64,000 nucleotides of DNA from Eledone cirrhosa (taxonomy: Eukaryota), in assembly GCA_964016885.1 (NCBI GenBank), contig OZ024742.1, positions 164,176,001 through 164,240,000 of the forward strand, given 5' to 3'. The notes beneath the pieces are model-generated. The model ran no database searches, had not been told where the DNA came from, and saw only the letters and a program-made list of their open reading frames with translations. This document shows, one piece after another, positions 50,270-61,600 of the stretch. The translations under genes and the position numbers were made by a program. Every line of letters begins with the position of its first letter. Within the stretch, counting starts at the first letter, position 1.

Positions 50270-53200
50270 TTGATTTTGTTTTTACAAATTATCTCCCCCT
50301 GATTTTTTTTACAAATTATCTCCACCTGATTTTTTAAAAAATTATCTCCCCTTGGACGGCTGGAAATTATCTCCCCTTGATTTTTTTACAAATTATCTCC
50401 CCCTGATTTTTTTTACAAATTATCTCCCCCTGATTTTTTTTTTACAAATTATCTCCCCCTGATTTTTTTACAAATTATCTCCACCTGATTTTTTTTACAA
50501 ATTATCTCCGCCTGATTTTTTTAAATATTATCTTCCCTTGGCTGGCGGGAAATTATCTCCCCTTGGACGGCTGAAAATTATCTCCCCTTGGACGGCTGGA
50601 AATTATCTCCCCTTGATTTTTTTTACAAATTATCTCCCCCTGATTTTTTTTACAAATCATCTCCCCCTGATTTTTTTTTACAAATTATCTCCCCCTGATT
50701 TTTTTTTACAAATTATCTGCCCCTGATTTTTTTTACAAATTATCTCCCCCTGATTTTTTTACAAATTATCTCCCCTTGGCTGGCTGGAAATTATCTCCCC
50801 TTGGAGGCTGGAATTTATCTCCCATTGGACGGCTAGAAATTACCTCTCCTTGGAAGGCTGGAAAATATTTCTCCTTGGACGGCTGGATATTATCTACCCT
50901 TGGACGGGTGGAAATTATCTCCCCTTGGACGGCTGGAAATTATCTCCCCTTGGACAGCTAGATATTACCTCCCCTTGGACGGCTGGAAATTATCTCCCCT
51001 TGATTTTTTTTACAAATTATCTCCCCCTGATTTTTTTTACAAATTATCTCCACCTGATTTTTTTACAAATTATCTCCCCCTGATTTTTTTTACAAATTAT
51101 CTCCCCCTGATTTTTTTACAAATTATCTCCCCTTGGCTGGCTGGAAATTATCTCCCCTTGGAGGCTGGAATTTATCTCCCCTTGGACGGCTGGAAATTAT
51201 CTCCCCTTGATTTTTTTTACAAATTATCTACCCCTGATTTTTTTTACAAATTATCTCCCCCTGATTTTTTTTACAAATTATCTCCCCCTGATTTTTTTAC
51301 AAATTATCTCCCCCTGATTTTTTTACAAATTATCTCCCCCTGATTTTTTTTTACAAATTATCTACGCCTAATTTTTTTTACAAATTATCTCCCCCTGATT
51401 TTTTTTTACAAATTATCTCCCCCTGATTTTTTTTTACAAATTATCTCCCCCTGATTTTTTTTTACAAATTATCTCCCCCTGATTTTTTTACAAATTATCT
51501 CCCCCCTGATTTTTATTACAATCTCCGCCTGATTTTTTAAAAAATTATCTTCCCTTGGCTGGCGGGAAATTATCTTCCCTTGGACGGCTGGAAATTATAT
51601 CCCCTTGGAAGGATGGAAATTATCTCCCCTTGGACGGCTGGAAATTATCTCCCCTTGGACGGCTGGAAATTATCTCCCCTTGGACAGCTGGAAATTATCT
51701 GCCCTTGATTTTGTTTTTACAAATTATCTCCCCCTGATTTTTTTTACAAATTATCTCCACCTGATTTTTTAAAAAATTATCTCCCCTTGGACGGCTGGAA
51801 ATTATCTCCCCTTGGCTGGAAATTATCTCCCCTTGGACGGCTAGAAATTATCTCTCTTTGGCCGGCTGGAAATTATCTGCCTTTGATTTTTTTTACAAAT
51901 TATCTCCCCCTGATTTTTTTTTACAAATTATCTCACCCTGATTTTTTTTACAAATTATCTCCCTCTGATTTTTTTACAAATTATCTCCCCTTGGCTGGCT
52001 GGAAATTATCTCCCCTTGGAGGCTGGAATTTATCTCCCCTTGGACGGCTAGAAATTACCTCTCCTTGGACGGCTGGAAAATATGTCTCCTTGGACGGCTG
52101 GATATTATCTACCCTTGGACGGCTGGAAATTATCTCCCCTTGGACGGCTGGAAATTATCTCCCCTTGGACGGCTAGATATTACCTCCCCTTGGACGGCTG
52201 GAAATTATCTCCCCTTGATTTTTTTACAAATTATCTCCCCCTGATTTTTTTACAAATTATCTCCCCCTGATTTTTTTTACAAATTATCTCCGCCTAATTT
52301 TTTTAAATATTATCTTCCCTTGGCTGGCGGGAAATTATCTCCCCTTGGACGGCTGAAAATTATCTCCCCTTGGACGGCTGGAAATTATCTCCCCTTGATT
52401 TTTTTTACAAATTATCTCCCCCTGATTTTTTTTTACAAATTATCTCCCCCTGATTTTTTTTACAAATTATCTCCCCCTGATTTTTTTACAAATTATCTCC
52501 CCTTGGCTGGCTGGAAATTATCTCCCCTTGGAGGCTGGAATTTATCTCCCCTTGGACGGCTAGAAATTACCTCTCCTTGGACGGCTGGAAAATATGTCCT
52601 TGGACGGCTGGATATTATCTACCCTTGGACGGCTGGAAATTATCTCCCCTTGGACGGCTGGAAATTATCTCCCCTTGGACGGCTAGATATTACCTCCCCT
52701 TGGACGGCTGGAAATTATCTCCCCTTGATTTTTTTTACAAATTATCTCCCCCTGATTTTTTTTTACAAATTATCTCCCCCTGATTTTTTTTACAAATTAT
52801 CTACCCCTGATTTTTTTTTACAAATTATCTCCCCCTGATTTTTTTTACAAATTATCTCCCCCTGATTTTTTTTTACAAATTATCTCCCCCTGATTTTTTT
52901 TTACAAATTATCTACCCCTGATTTTTTTTACAAATTATCTCCCCCTGATTTTTTTTACAAATTATCTCCCCCTGATTTTGTTTACAAATTATCTCCCCCT
53001 GATTTTTTTACAAATTATCTCCCCCTGATTTTTTTTACAAATTATCTCCGCCTAATTTTTTTAAATATTATCTTCCCTTGGCTGGCGGGAAATTATCTCC
53101 CCTTGGACGGCTGAAAATTATCTCTCCTTGGACGGCTGGAAATTATCTCCCCTTGATTTTTTTTACAAATTATCTCCCCCTGATTATTTTTTACAAATTA

Positions 53201-56200
53201 TCTCCCCCTGATTTTTTTTTACAAATTATCTCCCCCTGATTTTTTTTACAAATTATCTCCCCCTGATTTTTTTACAAATTATCTCCCCTTGGCTGGCTGG
53301 AAATTATCTCCCCTTGGAGGCTGGAATTTATCTCCCCTTGGACGGTTAGAAATTACCTCTCCTTGGACGGCTGGAAAATATGTCTCCTTGGACGGCTGGA
53401 AATTATCGCCCCTTGGACGGCTGGAAATTATCTCCCCTTGGACGGCTGGAAATTATCTCTCCTCGGACGGCTAGAAATTACCTCTCCTTGGACAGCTGAA
53501 AATTATCTCCCCTTGGACGGCTGGAAATTATCTCCCCTTGATTTTTTTTACAAATTATCTCCCCCTGATTTTTTTTTACAAATTATCTCCCCCTGATTTT
53601 TTTTTACAAATTATCTCCCCCTGATTTTTTTTTACAAATTATCTCCCCCTGATATTTTTTACAAATTATCTCCCCCTGATTTTTTTACAAATTATCTCCC
53701 CTTGGCTGGCTGGAAATTATCTCCCCTTGGAGGCTGGAATTTATCTCCCCTTAGACGGCTAGAAATTACCTCGCCTTGGACGGCTGGAAAATATGTCTCC
53801 TTGGACGGCTGGAAATTATCTCCCCTTGGACGGCTGGAAATTATCTCCCCTTGGACGGCTGGAAATTATCTCCCCTTGGACGGCTAGATATTACCTCCCC
53901 TTGGACGGCTGGAAATTATCTCCCCTTGATTCTTTTTACAAATTATCTCCCCCTGATTTTTTTTTACAAATTATCTCCCCCAGATTTTTTTTTACGAATT
54001 ATCTCCCCCCGATTTTTTTTTACAAATTATCTCCGCCTGATTTTTTTAAAAAAATTATCTCCCCTTGAACGGCTGGAAATTATCTCCCCTTGGACGGCTG
54101 GAAATTATCTCCCCTTGGACGGCTAGAAATTACCTCTCCTTGGACGGCTGAAAATTATCTCCCCTTGGACGGCTGCAAATTATCTCCCCTTGATTTTTTA
54201 ACAAATTATCTCCCCCTGATTTTTTTTTACAAATTATCTCCCCCTGATTTTTTTTTACAAATTATCTCCCCCTGATTTTTTTACAAATTATCTCCCCCTG
54301 ATTTTTTTTACAATCTCCGCCTGATTTTTTTAAAAATTATCTTCCCTTGGCTGGCGGGAAATTATCTCCCCTTGGACGGCTGGAAATTATATCCCCTTGG
54401 AAGGATGGAAATTATCTCCCCTTGGACGGCTGGAAATTATCTCCCCTTTGACGGCTGGAAATTATCTCCCCTTGGACAGCTGGAAATTATCTGCCCTTGA
54501 TTTTGTTTTTACAAATTATCTCCCCCTGATTTTTTTTACAAATTATCTCCACCTGATTTTTTAAAAAATTATCTCCCCTTGGACGGCTGGAAATTATCTC
54601 CCCTTGATTTTTTTAGAAATTATCTCCCCCTGATTTTTTTTACAAATTATCTCCCCCTGATTTTTTGTTACAAATTATCTCCCCCTGATTTTTTTAAAAA
54701 TTATCTCCCCCTGATTTTTTTTACAAATTATCTCCGCCTGATTTTTTTAAATATTATCTTCCCTTGGCTGGCGGGAAATTATCTCCCCTTGGACGGCTGA
54801 AAATTATCTCCCCTTGGACGGCTGGAAATTATCTCCCCTTGATTTTTTTACAAATTATCTCCCCCTGATTTTTTTTTACAAATTATCTCCCCCTGATTTT
54901 TTTTACAAATTATCTCCCCCTGATTTTTTTTTACAAATTATCTCCCCCTGATTTTTTTTTACAAATTATCTCCCCCTGATTTTTTTACAAATTATCTCCC
55001 CTTGGCTAGCTGGAAATTATCTCCCCTTGGAGGCTGGAATTTATCTCCCCTTGGACGGCTAGAAATTACCTCTCCTTGGACGGCTGGAAAATATGTCTCC
55101 TTGGACGGCTGGATATTATCTACCCTTGGACGGCTGGAAATTATCTCCCCTTGGACGGCTGGAAATTATCTCCCCTTGGACGGCTAGATATTACCTCCCC
55201 TTGGACGGCTGGAAATTATCTCCCCTTGATTTTTTTTACAAATTATCTCCCCCTGATTTTTTTTTACGAATTATCTCCCCCTGATTTTTTTTTACAAATT
55301 ATCTCCGCCTGATTTTTTTTTTAAATTATCTCCCCTTGAACGGCTGGAAATTATCTCCCCTTGGACGGCTGGAAATTATCTCCCCTTGGACGGCTAGAAA
55401 TTACCTCTCCTTGGACGGCTGAAAATTATCTCCCCTTGGACGGCTGCAAATTATCTCCCCTTGATTTTTTTAACAAATTATCTTCCCCTGATTTTTTTTT
55501 ACAAATTATCTCCCCCTGATTTTTTTTTACAAATTATCTACGCCTAATTTTTTTTACAAATTATCTCCCCCTGATTTTTTTTTACAAATTATCTCCCCCT
55601 GATTTTTTTTACAAATTATCTCCCCCTGATTTTTTTTTACAAATTATCTCCCCCTGATTTTTTTACAAATTATCTCCCCCCTGAATTTTTTTACAATCTC
55701 CGCCTGATTTTTTTAAAAATTATCTTCCCTTGGCTGGCAGGAAATTATCTCCCCTTGGTCGGCTGGAAATTATATCCCCTTGGAAGGATGGAAATTATCT
55801 CCCCTTGGACGGCTGGAAATTATCTCCCCTTGGACGGCTGGAAATTACCTCCCCTTGGACAGCTGGAAATTATCTGCCCTTGATTTTGTTTTTACAAATT
55901 ATCTCCCCCTGATTTTTTTTACAAATTATCTCCACCTGATTTTTTAAAAAATTATCTCTCCTTGATTTTTTTACAAATTATCTCCCCCTGATTTTTTTTA
56001 CAAATTATCTCCCCCTGATTTTTTTTTTACAAATTATCTCCCCCTGATTTTTTTACAAATTATCTCCCCCTGATTTTTTTTACAAATTATCTCCGCCTGA
56101 TTTTTTTTACAAATTATCTCCCCTTGGCTGGCTGGAAATTATCTCCCCTTGGAGGCTGGAATTTATCTCCCCTTGGACGGCTAGAAATTACCTCTCCTTG

Positions 56201-59170
56201 GACGGCTGGAAAATATGTCCTTGGACGGCTGGATATTATCTACCCTTGGACGGCTGGAAATTATCTCCCCTTGGACGGCTGGAAATTATCTCCCCTTGGA
56301 GGCTGGAATTTATCTCCCCTTGGACGGCTAGAAATTACCTCTCCTTGGACGGCTGGAAAATATGTCCTTGGACGGCTGGATATTACCTCCCCTTGGACGG
56401 CTGGAAATTATCTCCCCTTGATTTTTTTTACAAATTATCTCCCCCTGATTTTTTTTACAAATCTAATGATTTTAAAAAAAAAATTATCTCCCCTTCGCTG
56501 GCTGGAAATTATCTCCCCTTCGCTGGCTGGAAATTATCTCCCCTTGGACGCTGGAAATTATAGCCCCTTGGAGGGCTGGAAATTATCTTCCCTTGGACGG
56601 CTGGAAATTATCTCCCCTTGGCTCGAAATTATCTCCCCTTGGACGGCTAGAAATTATCTCTCTTTGGACGGCTGGAAATTATCTCCCTTTGATTTTTTTT
56701 ACAAATTATCTCCCCCTGATTTTTTTTACAAATCTCCCCCTGATTTTTTAAAAAAAATTATCTCCCCTTCGCTGGCTGGAAATTATCTCCCCTTGGACAC
56801 TGGAAATTATAGCCCCTTGGAGGGCTGGAAATTATCTTCCCTTGGACGGCTGGAAATTATCTCTGCTTGATTTTTTTTACAAATTATCTCCCCCTGATTT
56901 TTTTTTACAAATTATCCCCCCCGATTTTTTTTACAAATTATCTCCCCCTGATTTTTTTTACAAATTATCTCCCCTTGGACGGCTGGAAATTATCTCCCCT
57001 TGGACGGCTGGAAATTATCTCCCCTTGGACGGCTAGAAATTACCTCTCCTTGGACGACTGAAAATTATCTCCCCTTGGACGGCTGCAAATTATCTCCCCT
57101 TGATTTTTTTTACAAATTATCTCCGCCTGATTTTTTTTTAAAAATTATCTCCCCTTGGACGGCTGGAAATTACCTCCCCTTGGACGGCTGGAAATTATCT
57201 CCCCTTGGACGGCTAGAAATTACCTCTCATTGGACGGCTGAAAATTATCTCCCCTTGGACGGCTGGAAATTATCTCCCCTTGATTTTTTTTACAAATTAT
57301 CTCCCCCTGATTTTTTTTTACAAATTATCTCCCCCTGATTTTTTTTTTACAAATTATCTCCGCCTGATTTTTTTTTAAAATTATCTCTCCTTGGACGGCT
57401 GGATATTATCTCCCCTTTCATTTTTTTTACAAATTATCTCCCCCTGATTTTTTTTTACAAATTATCTCCCCCTGATTTTTTTTTTACAAATTATCTACCC
57501 CTAATTTTTTTTTACAAATTATCTCCCCCTGATTTTTTTTACAAATTATCTCCCCCTGATTTTTTTTTTACAAATTATCTCCCCCTGATTTTTTTACAAA
57601 TTATCTCCCCCTTATTTTTTTTACAAATTATCTCCGCCTGATTTTTTTAAATATTATCTTCTCTTGGCTGGCGGGAAATTATCTCCCCTTGGACGGCTGA
57701 AAATTATCTCCCCTTGGACGGCTGGAAATTATCTCCCCTTGATTTTTTTTACAAATTATCTCCCCCTGATTTTTTTTTACAAATTATCTCCCCCTGATTT
57801 TTTTTACAAATTATCTCCCCCTGATTTTTTTTTACAAATTATCTCCCCCTGATTTTTTTTACAAATTATCTCCCCCTGATTTTTTTACAAATTATCTCCC
57901 CTTGGCTGGCTGGAAATTATCTCCCCTTGGAGGCTGGAATTTATCTCCCCTTGGACGGCTAGAAATTACCTCTCCTTGGACGGCTGGAAAATATGTCCTT
58001 GGACGGCTGGATATTATCTACCCTTGGACGGCTGGAAATTATCTCCCCTTGGACGGCTGGAAATTATCTCCCCTTGGACGGCTAGATATTACCTCCCCTT
58101 GGACGGCTGGAAATTATCTCCCCTTGATTTTTTTTACAAATTATCCCCCCCTGATTTTTTTTTACAAATTATCTCCCCCTGATTTTTTTTTACAAATTAT
58201 CTACCCCTGATTTTTTTTTACAAATTATCTCCCCCTAATTTTTTTTACAAATTATCTCTCCCTGATTTTTTTTTACAAATTATCTCCCCCTGATTTTTTT
58301 TTACAAATTATCTACCCCTGATTTTTTTTTACAAATTATCTCCCCCTGATTTTTTTTACAAATTATCTCCCCCTGATTTTTTTACAAATTATCTCCCCCC
58401 GATTTTTTTTACAAATTATCTCCGCCTAATTTTTTTAAATATTATCTTCCCTTGGCTGGCGGGAAATTATCTCCCCTTGGACGGCTGAAAATTATCTCCC
58501 CTTGGACGGCTGGAAATTATCTCCCCTTGATTTTTTTACAAATTATCTCCCCCTGATTATTTTTTACAAATTATCTCCCCCTGATTTTTTTTTACAAATT
58601 ATCTCCCTCTGATTTTTTTTACAAATTATCTCCCCTTGGCTGGCTGGAAATTATCTCCCCTTGGAGGCTGGAATTTATCTCCACTTGGACGGTTAGAAAT
58701 TACCTCTCCTTGGACTGCTGGAAAATATGTCTCCTTGGACGGCTGGAAATTATCTCCCCTTGGACGGCTGGAAATTATCTCCCCTTGGACGGCTGGAAAT
58801 TATCTCTCCTCGGACGACTAGAAATTACCTCTCCTTGGACAGCTGAAAATTATCTCCCCTTGGACGGCTGGAAATTATCTCCCCTTGATTTTTTTTACAA
58901 ATTATCTCCCCCCGATTTTTTTTTACAAATTATCTCCCCCTGATTTTTTTTTACAAATTATCTCCCCCTGATTTTTTTTACAAATTATCTCCCCCTGATA
59001 TTTTTTACAAATTATCTCCCCCTGATTTTTTTACAAATTATCTCCCCTTGGCTGGCTGGAAATTATCTCCCCTTGGAGGCTGGAATTTATCTCCCCTTGG
59101 ACGGCTAGAAATTACCTCGCCTTGGACGGCTGGAAAATATGTCTCCTTGGACGGCTGGAAATTATCTCCC
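50270..59170 (+). repeat. Dispersed ~8.9-kb copy of 7.2-16.07 kb (offset ~43.1 kb)
   Basis: 7469>50538, 7707>50776, 10220>53289 (43069); 11882>55002, 13004>56124 (43120); 15541>58636, 15953>59048 (43095). Confidence 0.9.
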
Positions 59171-60399
59171 CTTGGACGGCTGGAAATTATCTCCCCTTGG
59201 ACGGCTGGAAATTATCTCCCTTTGGACGGCTAGATATTACCTCCCCTTGGACGGCTGGAAATTATCTCCCCTTGATTTTTTTTACAAATTATCTCCCCCT
59301 GATTTTTTTTTACAAATTATCTCCCCCTGATTTTTTTTTACGAATTATCTCCCCCTGATTTTTTTTTACAAATTATCTCCGCCTGATTTTTTTTTTAAAA
59401 TTATCTCCCCTTGAACGGCTGGAAATTATCTCCCCTTGGACGGCTGGAAATTATCTCCCCTTGGACGGCTAGAAATTACCTCTCCTTGGACGGCTGAAAA
59501 TTATCTCCCCTTGGACGGCTGCAAATTATCTCCCCTTGATTTTTTAACAAATTATCTCCCCCTGATTTTTTTTTACAAATTATCTCCCCCTGATTTTTTT
59601 TTACCAATAATCTACGCCTAATTTTTTTTACAAATTATCTCCCCCTGATTTTTTTTTACAAATTATCTCCCCCTGATTTTTTTTACAAATTATCTCCCCC
59701 TGATTTTTTTTTACAAATTATTTCCCCCTGATTTTTTTACAAATTATCTCCCCCCTGATTTTTTTTACAATCTCCGCCTGATTTTTTTAAAAATTATCTT
59801 GCCTTGGCTGGCGGGAAATTATCTCCCCTTGGACGGCTGGAAATTATATCCCCTTGGACGGCTGGAAATTACCTCCCCTTGGACAGCTGGAAATTATCTG
59901 CCCTTGATTTTGTTTTTACAAATTATCTCCCCCTGATTTTTTTTACAAATTATCTCCACCTGATTTTTTAAAAAATTATCTCCCCTTGGACGGCTGGAAA
60001 TTATCTCCCCTTGATTTTTTTTACAAATTATCTCCCCCTGATTTTTTTTTACAAATTATCTCCCCCTGATTTTTTTTTACAAATTATCTCCCCCTGATTT
60101 TTTTTTACAAATTATCTGCCCCTGATTTTTTTTACAAATTATCTCCCCCTGATTTTTTTACAAATTATCTCCCCTTGGCTGGCTGGAAATTATCTCCCCT
60201 TGGAGGCTGGAATTTATCTCCCCTTGGACGGCTAGAAATTACCTCTCCTTGGACGGCTGGAAAATATTTCTCCTTGGACGGCTGGATATTATCTACCCTT
60301 GGACGGGTGGAAATTATCTCCCCTTGGACGGCTGGAAATTATCTCCCCTTGGACGGCTAGATATTACCTCCCCTTGGACGACTGGAAATTATCTCCCCT

Positions 60400-61600
60400 T
60401 GATTTTTTTTACAAATTATCTCCCCCTGAATTTTTTTTACAAATTATCTCCCCCTGATTTTTTTTTTACAAATTATCTCCGCCTGATTTTTTTTTTAAAT
60501 TATCTCTCCTTGGACGGCTGGATATTATCTCCCCTTTCATTTTTTTTACAAATTATCTCCCCCTGATTTTTTTTTACAAATTATCTCCCCCTGATTTTTT
60601 TTTTACAAATTATCTACCCCTAATTTTTTTTTACAAATTATCTCCCCCTGATTTTTTTTACAAATTATCTCCCCCTGATTTTTTTTTTACAAATTATCTC
60701 CCCCTGATTTTTTTACAAATTATCTCCCCCTGATTTTTTTTACAAATTATCTCCGCCTGATTTTTTTAAATATTATCTTCTCTTGGCTGGCGGGAAATTA
60801 TCTCCCCTTGGACGGCTGAAAATTATCTCCCCTTGGACGGCTGGAAATTATCTCCCCTTGATTTTTTTTACAAATTATCTCCCCCTGATTTTTTTTTACA
60901 AATTATCTCCCCCTGATTTTTTTTACAAATTATCTCCCCCTGATTTTTTTTTACAAATTATCTCCCCCTGATTTTTTTTACAAATTATCTCCCCCTGATT
61001 TTTTTACAAATTATCTCCCCTTGGCTGGCTGGAAATTATCTCCCCTTGGAGGCTGGAATTTATCTCCCCTTGGACGGCTAGAAATTACCTCTCCTTGGAC
61101 GGCTGGAAAATATGTCCTTGGACGGCTGGATATTATCTACCCTTGGACGGCTGGAAATTATCTCCCCTTGGACGGCTGGAAATTATCTCCCCTTGGACGG
61201 CTAGATATTACCTCCCCTTGGACGGCTGGAAATTATCTCCCCTTGATTTTTTTTACAAATTATCCCCCCCTGATTTTTTTTTACAAATTATCTCCCCCTG
61301 ATTTTTTTTTACAAATTATCTACCCCTGATTTTTTTTTACAAATTATCTCCCCCTAATTTTTTTTACAAATTATCTCTCCCTGATTTTTTTTTACAAATT
61401 ATCTCCCCCTGATTTTTTTTTACAAATTATCTACCCCTGATTTTTTTTTACAAATTATCTCCCCCTGATTTTTTTTACAAATTATCTCCCCCTGATTTTT
61501 TTACAAATTATCTCCCCCCGATTTTTTTTACAAATTATCTCCGCCTAATTTTTTTAAATATTATCTTCCCTTGGCTGGCGGGAAATTATCTCCCCTTGGA
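60400..61600 (+). repeat. Copy of ~57.3-58.5 kb (offset 3119 bp)
   Basis: 57664>60783, 57902>61021, 57976>61095; shared CCCCTTTCAT and ATCCCCCCCTG variants. Confidence 0.8.
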